From: an uncultured Methanosarcinales archaeon
GTDB taxonomy: Archaea; Nanobdellota; Nanobdellia; Woesearchaeales; GW2011-AR9
Length of the DNA: 64,000 nt
NCBI GenBank assembly: GCA_964510085.1
Contig: CAZEAB010000002.1
Span: 35,567 to 99,566, forward strand
Direction of reading: 5' to 3'
The notes below the pieces were generated by a model. That model saw only the letters and a program-made list of their open reading frames with translations. It had not been told where the DNA came from and did no database searches. Of this stretch, positions 9,986-19,822 are shown in pieces (position 1 is the stretch's first letter; each line of letters begins with the position of its first letter). The translations under genes and the position numbers were made by a program.

Positions 9986-11629
9986 TTGGACTTAGAGAGA
10001 GAAATCAAAGATATTGGGAGATTTAAGGAGATTCTTAAAGTATTTTTTGAAGAAGGTCTAGGCCATTATATAACTCATTTTAGAGAACACTTACCTTGGC
10101 ATCATCGAGTAAAAGCCCATTTAAGTAAAAATAAACGAACTGCTGCAGCACTACGACGTTCTTTTGAAAGACTTGGACCAACGTTTGTAAAACTCGGCCA
10201 ACTCCTCTCATTACGAGCAGATTTAGTTCCAAGAGAATTCACAGAAGAACTCTCAAAGTTACAAGATGAAGTCCCTTCATTTAGTTATGCAAAAGCAAAA
10301 AAGATTGTAGAAGGAGAGTTAGGTAAACCAATAAATACAGTTTTCAAATCGTTTGATAAAAAACCATACGCATCAGCTTCAATAGCGCAAGTACATAAAG
10401 CAGTTCTTAAGAATGGAAAGAAAGTAGCAGTCAAAGTACAAAGACCAAACGTGAGCGAGATAATAAATGAAGATCTTGACATATTATTCTTCATAGCAAA
10501 ACATCTTGAAGAGAGATTCCCAACAGTAAAAGATTATCATCCCGTAGATGTTATCAAAGAATTTGCAATATGGACACGAAAAGAACTTAACTTCAACATA
10601 GAAGCACGTCATGCAGAAAGAATCAAAGAAGAGATGCAAGATAATCCCAACATAAAAATTCCTGACATATATGAAGACCTTACCTCACATCGTGTGATGG
10701 TAATGGAGTTTATTGATGGTGTAAACATAGATGATGTAGAAGGTCTTAAAAAACAGAGACTAAACAAAAAGAAAATAGCAGAAAATTATTTTCTTGCGAT
10801 TCTCGAACAAGCACTACTATATGGATTATTTCATGCAGACCCACATCCCGCAAATATATTCATACAACGAGATGGAAAAATAGTATTTCTTGATTACGGG
10901 ATTGTTGGAGAAGTATCTGAAAAAGATAGAACAACGGTTATGGAATTTATATCTTCAATTCCAGAAAAGAATGCCGATAAAAGTATTGACTTAATTCTTA
11001 AACTAGCAAAATCTACTGACGAAGAAAAATTGCCTCTATTTAAACAGCACGTACATGATATTTTACAGGAAGTCTATTTCCATTCTGTAAAACAAGCAGG
11101 TGTTGGAAAAGGATTCTATGAAATTATATCAACCGGTGCTAAATATGGCATAATTTTCAAACCAGAACATGTATTGATGGCAAAAGCAATATATCAAGCA
11201 GAAGCAATTGTAATGGATTTATATCCTTCATTTAAATTGGCAAAAGGATTAAAAGATTTTGAAAAAGATTACATCAAAGAACAACTTTCACCAATCAGAA
11301 TAGCACGGAAATTAAAAAAGCAAATTATTAACCACAAAGAATTACTGCTAGAGTTACCAGAACGAATACAACATATCATTGATCGATTAGAAAATCCACC
11401 AAAACAACATTGTGAAAAAGAACATCTTGTAGAAATTGAACATAGGATGCACGAATTGTCTAACCAGAAAAATGTGGGATTTGCAGTAATAGTTTTATCA
11501 ATTGCAACTTTATTCTTTTTTTATGCAGAAGGAAAGACACACATATTTGGAATAGCAATAAGCACATATCTTATCATCGCAACATTTATTACTGTAATAT
11601 ATTTACTAATACACAAAAGGAGGCATTAA
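9986..11629 (+). CDS. UbiB/ABC1 (AarF) family atypical kinase
   Basis: LGPTFVKLGQ, ASASIAQVH, VAVKVQRP, FHADPHPAN, DYG; two C-terminal TM helices; TTG start with GAGG. Confidence 0.93.
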   Translation: MDLEREIKDIGRFKEILKVFFEEGLGHYITHFREHLPWHHRVKAHLSKNKRTAAALRRSFERLGPTFVKLGQLLSLRADLVPREFTEELSKLQDEVPSFSYAKAKKIVEGELGKPINTVFKSFDKKPYASASIAQVHKAVLKNGKKVAVKVQRPNVSEIINEDLDILFFIAKHLEERFPTVKDYHPVDVIKEFAIWTRKELNFNIEARHAERIKEEMQDNPNIKIPDIYEDLTSHRVMVMEFIDGVNIDDVEGLKKQRLNKKKIAENYFLAILEQALLYGLFHADPHPANIFIQRDGKIVFLDYGIVGEVSEKDRTTVMEFISSIPEKNADKSIDLILKLAKSTDEEKLPLFKQHVHDILQEVYFHSVKQAGVGKGFYEIISTGAKYGIIFKPEHVLMAKAIYQAEAIVMDLYPSFKLAKGLKDFEKDYIKEQLSPIRIARKLKKQIINHKELLLELPERIQHIIDRLENPPKQHCEKEHLVEIEHRMHELSNQKNVGFAVIVLSIATLFFFYAEGKTHIFGIAISTYLIIATFITVIYLLIHKRRH

Positions 11630-11631
11630 CA

Positions 11632-11979
11632 ATGAAGGTAACAGCACAAAAAGCATTAAAGACAGGTTTTGGATTAGGACTTCTTACATTATCCCAAGGA
11701 AAAAAATTAGCAAAACAATTACAGAAAGAACTTGGATTAAATGAAAAAGAAAGTACTAAACTAGCAAAAGAATTTGTAAAAAGTTCAAGGAAAGCAAGTC
11801 AAGAAGTAGTAGGCATGGTAGGAAAACATGTTGAAAAAGCAGTAATTAGATCTGGCCTTGCAAAGAAAAGTGAACTCAAAGTTGTCAAGAACACGCTTAA
11901 GAGACGAGTAAAGAAAGTTGTCAAGAAAGTCGCTCCAAAGAAAGCAAAGAAAAAGACAACAAAAAGGAAGAAGAAATAA
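11632..11979 (+). CDS. Phasin-like amphipathic protein with Lys-rich tail
   Basis: GFGLGLLT start, amphipathic helices, position directly after ubiB-like gene. Confidence 0.5.
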   Translation: MKVTAQKALKTGFGLGLLTLSQGKKLAKQLQKELGLNEKESTKLAKEFVKSSRKASQEVVGMVGKHVEKAVIRSGLAKKSELKVVKNTLKRRVKKVVKKVAPKKAKKKTTKRKKK

Positions 11980-12034
11980 ATTTTGTTTTATTCTTTTACT
12001 CCCCTAAACCTTTATAAATACCCTACTTTTCTGT

Positions 12035-13273
12035 ATGAGTATGGCAAAGAAATCTACTTTTGTACAACCTGAACTCAATATTGCATTAGTTGGACACGTA
12101 GACCATGGTAAAACAACATTAACGGAAAGATTATCAGGAAAATGGACAGATACTCACTCTGAAGAATTAAAACGTGGAATTACCATTAGGTTAGGATATG
12201 CAGATTTCTCAATATACAAATGTGATAAATGTGACTTTTTTACAGGCAAAGAAAAATGTATTAAATGTAACTCTGCTACAAAACTTCAACGAAAAATCTC
12301 ATTAGTAGACGCACCTGGCCACGAATCATTAATGGCAACCATGTTATCTGGTGCATCTATAGTAAATTCAGCAATATTAATGGTGGCAGCAAATGAACGA
12401 TGCCCACAACCACAGACAAAAGAACATTTAATGGCATTACAAATCTCTGGAATTAAGAATATAATTGTAGTTCAAAATAAAATAGATTTAGTAGATGAAG
12501 AAGGAGCAATAAAAAATTATAAACAAATAAAAGAGTTTCTTGCAGACACAGATTACAAAGACGCACCAATAATCCCAATCTCAGCAAGAGCTAACGTAAA
12601 CATAGACATGCTACTTAATGCAATACAAGAACATTTCCCAACACCAAAAATAGATGCAAAAGCAGAACCATTGATGTTAGTAGCACGATCTTTTGACATT
12701 AATAAGCCAGGAATCAAACCAGCAGATTTGAAAGGTGGAGTTCTTGGTGGAACAGTTAAAGCAGGAAAATTTAAAGTTGGAGATAAAATCGAAATCAAAC
12801 CAGGATATATGGTACAAGAGAAAAATAAACTTAAATGGATTCCAATTACAACTAAAATCACAGGAATATTTTCTGGTGGTGAACCAGTAAAAGAAATTCT
12901 TCCAGGTGGAAGTATGGCACTCGGAACAGAACTTGATCCAACCATTGTCAAATCAGACAGTTTAACAGGGTCATTAGTTGGTGTACCAGGAAAATTACCC
13001 CCAGTACATTATGAAATTTCATTAGAAACACACTTACTTAAGAGAGTAGTTGGAACAAAAGACGAAGTAGAAGTAAAACCTCTTGCAAAGAAAGAAATGT
13101 TAATGTTAAATGTTAATAGTGCTGCTACAGTCGGTGTTGTAACAAATCCAAGTAAAAAGAAAACATCTTGTTTATTAAAGAAACCAATTTGTGCAAATCC
13201 TGGCGACAGAATTACTATTTCTCGTAGGGTTGGCGACAGGTTTAGATTAATTGGGTATGGAATTCTTAAATGA
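12035..13273 (+). CDS. eif2g: Translation initiation factor aIF2 gamma
   Basis: GHVDHGKTT, RGITIRLGY, DAPGHE, NKID, ARSFDINKPG, RLIGYG. Confidence 0.98.
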   Translation: MSMAKKSTFVQPELNIALVGHVDHGKTTLTERLSGKWTDTHSEELKRGITIRLGYADFSIYKCDKCDFFTGKEKCIKCNSATKLQRKISLVDAPGHESLMATMLSGASIVNSAILMVAANERCPQPQTKEHLMALQISGIKNIIVVQNKIDLVDEEGAIKNYKQIKEFLADTDYKDAPIIPISARANVNIDMLLNAIQEHFPTPKIDAKAEPLMLVARSFDINKPGIKPADLKGGVLGGTVKAGKFKVGDKIEIKPGYMVQEKNKLKWIPITTKITGIFSGGEPVKEILPGGSMALGTELDPTIVKSDSLTGSLVGVPGKLPPVHYEISLETHLLKRVVGTKDEVEVKPLAKKEMLMLNVNSAATVGVVTNPSKKKTSCLLKKPICANPGDRITISRRVGDRFRLIGYGILK

Positions 13274-13321
13274 ATTCCAAATCCTCGACTACGTCTGCGG
13301 TTATGGCATATTAAAATAAAG

Positions 13322-13451
13322 TGCCCCCGCCGAGATTTTCGCAACCAAAAGGTTATTTGAACTCGGGACCTCCAGCTTGCCAAGCGTACTACAGCCGTAA
13401 CTGCAGCATCATATAAGACTGGCGCTCTAGACCAGACTGAGCTATGGGGGC
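13322..13451 (-). tRNA. tRNA-Ile(UAU) with introns at 37/38 (13378-13411) and 59/60 (13336-13355)
   Basis: GCCCCCA-TA-GCTC..GAGC-G-CCAGT-CT TAT A[34 nt]A-GCTGG-AGGTC-CCGAG-TTCAAA[20 nt]T-CTCGG-CGGGGGC-A; A7/C66 mismatch. Confidence 0.85.
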
Positions 13452-13611
13452 GTAATTCAACTAATAACGGCTTCTCTTTTTAAATATTCTCTCTAAACAC
13501 CTCTGTAACTCCTATTAAGTGGCACAAAATAGAAACATTTATATATGTCACCCTGTAGTAAATACATTCAGGGCACAAAAACGGCCCGTTTATATAAATC
13601 AGAGGGATACA

Positions 13612-14490
13612 ATGAACTTAAATCAACTAAAAAAATTAATGGATAGGAAGAAAAATTCCAAAAAAGGAGATAATGGTAGAGCATTAGTTATAGGTGGTTC
13701 TGAAGAATATGTAGGTGCACTTGCATTAGCAGGATTAGGCGCATTACGAGCAAGTTGCGATGTAGTAACCGTAGCATCCTCTGACAAAGTAGCATGGGCA
13801 GTAAATAGATATGCACCAGACTTAATTACACATAAAATTAAAGGACAAAACACATATACTGTAAAAAATGCCAAAGAAATGGTAAAATTTGCAGACAGAT
13901 TCGATGCAACATTAGTTGGATGCGGAATGACTCGAAAAGGAGATAAATTCTCACAATTTTTTGTAAAAAAATTCCAAGGACCTAAAGTAGTAGATGCAGA
14001 TGCATTAAAAGGAATGTCATTTAAAGAATTTGAAAATTGTATTATAACCCCCCACGAAACAGAATTAGAAATGATGTTAGTAAACTCAGGAAAAGAATTC
14101 TTACTTCCAAAATTACGAGTATCAAACGCAAAAGAAAAAGCAGAGATCTTACAAGGAAACTTACGATATTTCTTACATAATAACAACGTATTACTCTTAA
14201 AAGGCGCAACAGACATAATTATATCTCGAAACAGAATCTCGTTTAACAGAACTGGAAATCAAGGAATGACAAAAGCTGGAACAGGCGACGTATTAGCAGG
14301 ATTATGTGTTGGATTCTTAGCAAAAACTCACGATTTATTCAAAAGTGCATGTGCAGCAGCATTCATCAACGGATTAGTTGGCGACGAACTTTTGAAGAAG
14401 AAGAAAGGATACAGTTTCATTGCATCAGACATTGTAGAAGATCTAAAGAAGATTGATACAATGAAGAAGACGAAGAAACGTAAGAAGTAA
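13612..14490 (+). CDS. nnrD: ADP-dependent NAD(P)H-hydrate dehydratase
   Basis: KKGDNGRALVIGGS..Y.GA, VVDADAL, ITPH..E, LLKG, AGTGDVLAG; start moved to MNLNQ. Confidence 0.92.
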   Translation: MNLNQLKKLMDRKKNSKKGDNGRALVIGGSEEYVGALALAGLGALRASCDVVTVASSDKVAWAVNRYAPDLITHKIKGQNTYTVKNAKEMVKFADRFDATLVGCGMTRKGDKFSQFFVKKFQGPKVVDADALKGMSFKEFENCIITPHETELEMMLVNSGKEFLLPKLRVSNAKEKAEILQGNLRYFLHNNNVLLLKGATDIIISRNRISFNRTGNQGMTKAGTGDVLAGLCVGFLAKTHDLFKSACAAAFINGLVGDELLKKKKGYSFIASDIVEDLKKIDTMKKTKKRKK

Positions 14491-14522
14491 AATTTTATAT
14501 ACTCTTTTTATTTACCCTTACC

Positions 14523-15365
14523 ATGAAAAAAAAGAGTGAACGTTCTAAATTATTCAATTTCCTAAAAGCAAATCTCGATAATTATGCTTCCAAAGCAGGA
14601 AGAAGAATGGAAGGAACACTCTTTTTCATCAACTTTCTTGCAATAGTAATCTTTGTAATAGAAACACATGACGTTTCGGAAGCGACGCACGCATTTCTTT
14701 TCGCATCAGAATTAGTATTAGTAAGCATCTTCGTACTTGAATATTTAGCAAGAATGTGGGTTGCAGAAAAGAGAGTCAAACATTTCTTTAATGTATATAG
14801 TATCATAGATTTAGTCGCAATCTTACCGATAGCATTAAACTTTATCAACTTAACATTCCTCAGAATCTTCAGAATACTAAGGATATTCAGAATTTTACGG
14901 ATACTGCGGTTCCAACGTGTTTTCAAATCTAAAGATACAATGTTTGGAGCTCTTAGTGATACACAACTAGTTATCATAAGAATTGTATTAACAGTATTCA
15001 CCATTGTCTTTGTATCTGCCAGCTTCATATGGGCGGTGGAGAACAAAGTTAATCCCGGACAGTTTAAAACCCTATGGCATGCATTATATTTTGCCATTGT
15101 AACACTCTCCACAGTAGGATATGGAGATGTAACCCCAGTATCTTCCTGGGGTAGAGGTATTACTGTAACAATGATACTTGCTGGTATCGCATTAATCCCT
15201 TGGCAACTTGGTAAGTTAGTAAAAATCATGTTTGACGCATCGAGGAAAACGTCTATTAAATGCCGTAAATGTGGAATGATAGAACACGACTTAGATGCAT
15301 TATTTTGTAAGATTTGTGGTACGAAGGTTAAACAGCAAGTTAAGAAGAAAGGAATGGTTAGTTAG
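14523..15365 (+). CDS. Voltage-gated-type potassium channel with C-terminal Zn ribbon
   Basis: S4-like RIFRILRIFRILRILR, TVGYGD filter, CRKC...CKIC. Confidence 0.92.
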   Translation: MKKKSERSKLFNFLKANLDNYASKAGRRMEGTLFFINFLAIVIFVIETHDVSEATHAFLFASELVLVSIFVLEYLARMWVAEKRVKHFFNVYSIIDLVAILPIALNFINLTFLRIFRILRIFRILRILRFQRVFKSKDTMFGALSDTQLVIIRIVLTVFTIVFVSASFIWAVENKVNPGQFKTLWHALYFAIVTLSTVGYGDVTPVSSWGRGITVTMILAGIALIPWQLGKLVKIMFDASRKTSIKCRKCGMIEHDLDALFCKICGTKVKQQVKKKGMVS

Positions 15366-15367
15366 TT

Positions 15368-15835
15368 TTAATCTAAAAGACCAGCTCTCGCTAACTTACC
15401 TCCAATTCCTGCAGCTATATGTGGACTAGAGCCATTCCATTCTTTTGGAATTTCAAGAAATACAACTGTTGCAGCGTATTCTTTTCCATATAAACCCCAT
15501 GGCCAATATACAGCAAATTGACGGATCCCTTCTGTTTCTTTGAAGTAGAGAGGTTGTGTTGGAACAAACCTTAAACTTCCTTGAACTCTATCTAAGATTC
15601 CTTGTAAATAAGAGGGCGTCGGAACTTCTGCTTCAAAAAAATGATCATAATATTCTCTTAATAATGTTTTTACGCTTGTCAAAGCTGGTTCACCTCTCGC
15701 CACGAGTTCTATTAGAGAAGGTTTTACTTGTGGTGCGACATCAACTAAACCATTTCTAATATACGAAGTGCCAGTAGAACTTAACTCTGATTGAATTCTT
15801 CTTGTTAAAGAATAATTTTGTTCATAGTTTTCCAT
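15368..15835 (-). CDS. Hypothetical protein
   Basis: ORF from MENYEQ; no recognised motif. Confidence 0.55.
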   Translation of the reverse strand: MENYEQNYSLTRRIQSELSSTGTSYIRNGLVDVAPQVKPSLIELVARGEPALTSVKTLLREYYDHFFEAEVPTPSYLQGILDRVQGSLRFVPTQPLYFKETEGIRQFAVYWPWGLYGKEYAATVVFLEIPKEWNGSSPHIAAGIGGKLARAGLLD

Positions 15836-15907
15836 AAATATTGAAATTGATATTACTATAAAAAATTTTGTGAAAATATTCTTATTAGTAATAAACATAC
15901 AAATAAC

Positions 15908-18025
15908 TCAAACCTTCCAACCAGTAATAATAATAGTCTCAAACAATCCTTTCTTATGCTCTATTTGAACATCAAAACCAGCAGTTGCAAACATCTGCTT
16001 TAACTTCACATCGTTCTCAATCCATGCAACGTTCGGAATCAAGTAAAAGAACTTTTCATAATCAACAAAGATAATCTCCCCACCTTTCTTCACAAACTTT
16101 CCAATAGAATTCAAAATTTGTTGAGGTTTCTGCATACTAGATAACATGCCAATAGAAACAACACCATCAACAGTATGAGGAAGGTGTACAGTAAAATCAA
16201 CTAAACTTGGTTCATGAAACGTCTGAACATGAACATGTTTTTTCACTCTCTTTTGTGTATACCCTAGTTTTGTTTTAGAAATATCAACAGCAAATAACTT
16301 ACCATGCGCCTGCACAAGATGGGCCAACTTCTCAGTTAAGATTCCAACAGAACAACCATATTCTAAAATCTGTTTACCAGCAAGTTCATTCATACTTTCT
16401 AACAATTTCTTCTTAATACCAAACGAAAAGAACAACTTCTCCGTAATCAAACTTAGCCATGCCAAACTATCTCCTGTGCTCTTAATAGCCTTCTCACTAT
16501 AAAACATCTGTACCATGAAGAAAAATGGGATACCTAAAAATAAAAATGATAATGCCAGACGAGCAATAGCCCATGCACCACCACCTTCAAGATATAACCA
16601 ATTACCAATCAACCCAAAGAATATTAATACTAATATAATTGGACCAATCGTACCAAACGGAGCTCTAAATGGCCTTTCTAACTCTTTATACTTACGACGT
16701 AATATCGGAACGGCTAACACAATCATAGACACAACAAGTAAACTAAGTAACACATAAATCAAATAGATACTCCTATACGAATCCTTCCAACCTACTATAT
16801 CTCCTCGAAAAATAAACCACGAAAATAGTAACACCATCACAGACTGGAAATATACAGCTCTATGTGGGGATTTATGTTTTGGATGTAACACCGCAAGTTG
16901 CTTGATAAACAATTTATCTCCTGCCATCGCTTGCAATAAACGAGAACCAGCAATAGGCCATGCAGCAGCAGCTCCCACAATTACAAGATACATACCAAAC
17001 ACAAGAACTTCCTTACCCGTAGCGCCTAGCGTGTTAAACGCTTGCACAGCAAACGGACGGAGATCTTTTACATAATCACTATATGGGACAGTTCCCATAG
17101 AACTAATGATATATATCACCATAATAACAGCACAAATTAAAACTCCAGATATAATCACTCTATGCAATTTTCTTGGTTCTTTAGCTTCATTTCCCATATA
17201 TGTAACAGCTTCGAAACCAAAGAACGCTTCACTAATTAGCAATAAAGATAATCCCAAGAACATGTAGATACTCGTTCCCTCATGTTGAAAGAACGGTTCA
17301 AATAACACCGTATCAAACGGACTTGTAAACCCTCCACCAGAAAATAAAGTTGGGAAATCAATAAACGACGGAATTATCATTGCTAATACTGTAACAGTAG
17401 CAATAATTCCAAACGCAAGTAACATAGTCGAACCAGCATCAATACCACGGAATGCCATATAATTTAATACAAAAATCCAAATAACCACAAAAATCATCTG
17501 TAAAATTAACGCCCTACTTCCAGTTTCAGGAATAAAATATTGAGCTGCTGCAACAATATTAAGAGCCATCCCAAAGTTTCCTGCAATCCATATACCCCAA
17601 CCGGCCATGAATGAACCAAATCTCCCATACGCTTTCTTACAATACTCATACGTACCACCGGAACTTGGAAATAACGACGCTAATTCACCAATATATAACA
17701 TCATCCAACTTGCTAACGCAAATAAAACAACCCATGCTATAATAGAAGCAGCACCAGAACTTGACATTCCCAAACCAGGAAGATAGAATAAAGAAGAACC
17801 TAAAATGGAGTTAATAACAATGAAAAGTAATACGAAAAAACCAAGTTTCTTTTTCGATGTAGCCTGCGTAAGATCTTGAGGTATTTGTGGTTTTCCGGGT
17901 ACTTTTGGTTTAACAGATTGAGTAGGAGCTGCAACTTTAGCTTTAACGGGAACCTTTGCAACGGGTTTAACTTGAGCTACAACGGGCTTTGAGTCACCTA
18001 TACCTAAGAACTTCTTGAAATCCAT
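15908..18025 (-). CDS. APC-family amino acid permease fused to class I SAM-methyltransferase-like domain
   Basis: ILGSSLF.LPG, GELAS.FPSSGG.Y.Y, FFGFE....MGNE.KEP, SRLL.AMA.D, RPFRAP; C-terminal ILEYGCSVG, AVDIS, VKKGG. Confidence 0.88.
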   Translation of the reverse strand: MDFKKFLGIGDSKPVVAQVKPVAKVPVKAKVAAPTQSVKPKVPGKPQIPQDLTQATSKKKLGFFVLLFIVINSILGSSLFYLPGLGMSSSGAASIIAWVVLFALASWMMLYIGELASLFPSSGGTYEYCKKAYGRFGSFMAGWGIWIAGNFGMALNIVAAAQYFIPETGSRALILQMIFVVIWIFVLNYMAFRGIDAGSTMLLAFGIIATVTVLAMIIPSFIDFPTLFSGGGFTSPFDTVLFEPFFQHEGTSIYMFLGLSLLLISEAFFGFEAVTYMGNEAKEPRKLHRVIISGVLICAVIMVIYIISSMGTVPYSDYVKDLRPFAVQAFNTLGATGKEVLVFGMYLVIVGAAAAWPIAGSRLLQAMAGDKLFIKQLAVLHPKHKSPHRAVYFQSVMVLLFSWFIFRGDIVGWKDSYRSIYLIYVLLSLLVVSMIVLAVPILRRKYKELERPFRAPFGTIGPIILVLIFFGLIGNWLYLEGGGAWAIARLALSFLFLGIPFFFMVQMFYSEKAIKSTGDSLAWLSLITEKLFFSFGIKKKLLESMNELAGKQILEYGCSVGILTEKLAHLVQAHGKLFAVDISKTKLGYTQKRVKKHVHVQTFHEPSLVDFTVHLPHTVDGVVSIGMLSSMQKPQQILNSIGKFVKKGGEIIFVDYEKFFYLIPNVAWIENDVKLKQMFATAGFDVQIEHKKGLFETIIITGWKV

Positions 18026-18117
18026 AATAACCTCTTTTTTAATAGTAAGAAATTTTTGTTTATAAAAGTATTGTACATCTTCATAAAACTTAAAAACAAC
18101 CTAACTAAATCTACCTC

Positions 18118-18330
18118 ATGCTATATGAAATATATCAACGACCTTGGTTATTAATACTATTATTATTTACCTTAATCTTATGGGAACTAATATGGAAAGC
18201 AGTTGCATTATGGACTTCTGCAAAGAAACATCAAAAACTATGGTTCATATTTATATTAATATTCAACACCGTTGGAATTTTACCAATAGTATACTTACTC
18301 TTTGGAAGAAAGAAAGACGAAACTACGTAG
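18118..18330 (+). CDS. DUF5652-like small membrane protein
   Basis: WELIWKAVALW.SAK..QK.WF...NTVGILPIVYL. Confidence 0.8.
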   Translation: MLYEIYQRPWLLILLLFTLILWELIWKAVALWTSAKKHQKLWFIFILIFNTVGILPIVYLLFGRKKDETT

Positions 18331-19399
18331 CTTCTTCAATTTCAATTTTACCTTTTCGTAACGTCAAAGCAAATTCTTTATCATCATGAAATTTAGCAAT
18401 TTTATTTGCAATTACCGGTAAGATAATTCGATCTCCCCTAAACGTTAAGGATGAGATTATTTTCTGAGATTCATTACCATCTAAACTAATTTCATTCATT
18501 ACTTCCTTTGCTTTCTCTTTCTTCTTTCCGTGAACTATTTCTTCTGTTTTACGAAAAAAGAATTTAGCAATTTCATCAGCAATATTAATAGTAGAAACAG
18601 ACTGAACTCCTTGTAATCCTGGAGAGATATTCGCTTCAATTACTAAAGGACCACGAGGACTTTCTAGAATATCAACACCACATACATCTGCTCCAAGAGC
18701 TTTTGCAGTCTTAACAGCAATCTTAGAAGCTTCGTGACTTAACAAAATAGCTTTTGGTTCTCCGCCAGAATGAGTATTTGCCCTCTTCTCACCTTTCTGA
18801 GCAACACGTTTCATTGACGCAACAACTTTGTCTCCAACAACAATGGCACGGATATCTTCACCATTTGTCTCAATATACTCTTGAATAATAAATGGTTGAT
18901 TTAACGCACCCAAAGCATCTAGTAATGACGCAGCAGAACTTTGTGACTCCGCAAACATAACACCCTTTCCTTGCGTTCCTTCAGGAAACTTCATCACAAT
19001 AGGATAATGAACTCTTTTCAATAATACTTTAGCTTCTTCAATAGTTGAAGAAATATATGTTCTTGGCATAGGAATATTTTGTTGTTCCAACGCAAGATGT
19101 GTTAATAATTTATTATGAACTGTTGTAAAAGAACTTGCAGGAAGAGGCATATACGGAACCTTCCCTTCAAGTAAAGCAGAGATAGATCGTAACAAGTTAG
19201 CAAATCTAAATGAACCCTTTACATATATGCAATCATAATGTTCTAATAATTTTCCTTCATAGAAAATACCACTTTCTTTTCCTAAACGAACTTCTATATT
19301 TCGCAACTGAATCATATCAACTTCATCAAAATGCTTCTTCATTGATTCAACAACCATTTCTGAACTAGTACTACCTAAAGAAATAACTGCCCCTTTCAT
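18323..19399 (-). CDS. RimK-family ATP-grasp ligase with C-terminal AbrB-like extension
   Basis: NKL.T, PIVMKFPEGTQGKGV, IIQEYI, DIRAIVVG, RAN.H.GG, GVDI, IEAN.SPG. Confidence 0.9.
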   Translation of the reverse strand: MKGAVISLGSTSSEMVVESMKKHFDEVDMIQLRNIEVRLGKESGIFYEGKLLEHYDCIYVKGSFRFANLLRSISALLEGKVPYMPLPASSFTTVHNKLLTHLALEQQNIPMPRTYISSTIEEAKVLLKRVHYPIVMKFPEGTQGKGVMFAESQSSAASLLDALGALNQPFIIQEYIETNGEDIRAIVVGDKVVASMKRVAQKGEKRANTHSGGEPKAILLSHEASKIAVKTAKALGADVCGVDILESPRGPLVIEANISPGLQGVQSVSTINIADEIAKFFFRKTEEIVHGKKKEKAKEVMNEISLDGNESQKIISSLTFRGDRIILPVIANKIAKFHDDKEFALTLRKGKIEIEEAT

Positions 19400-19755
19400 T
19401 CCTCTTCTCCCTTCTTCATGGGATCAATCAAAAATTTTCCCTCTAGAAGAATATTCTGTCCAATCAATAAAGGATATGTCATATGGCTTCTATCAGCAAG
19501 TGTAAATTCTTCTTCAATTTCAAGACCATTAATTATAATTTTTGCTTTTACGATTGGTCTCTTTCCAATACCTGAAGCAGACTTCACAACTTTAGATCGT
19601 GTAATTGGTCCTAATTCTAGCTTTGCAGCTACATTTAAATCAATAGAAGATGCAGTAGCTCCTGAGTCTATCCGTGCTAATACTTCTTCTCTTTCTTCAT
19701 TGTTACCTATGACGGTAACAGGTTCTGTTAAACCTAATATTGGTCTTTCGTCCAT
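19396..19755 (-). CDS. RimK-associated retropepsin-like putative protease
   Basis: ARIDSGA..SSID, VKSASG, FTLADRS.M.YPLLIG, IDP; 4-nt overlap with rimK-like gene; start moved to MDERP. Confidence 0.88.
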   Translation of the reverse strand: MDERPILGLTEPVTVIGNNEEREEVLARIDSGATASSIDLNVAAKLELGPITRSKVVKSASGIGKRPIVKAKIIINGLEIEEEFTLADRSHMTYPLLIGQNILLEGKFLIDPMKKGEEE

Positions 19756-19822
19756 TTTATATACACTTGTGGAAGGGCGTTTATAAGCTTTGCTATGGTG
19801 TATTTTAAGCTTAAAAAAGGAA

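Noticed and set aside
13274..13320. Small hairpin between eif2g and tRNA-Ile
   Set aside because: Only short imperfect stems; not distinguishable from background or a terminator region
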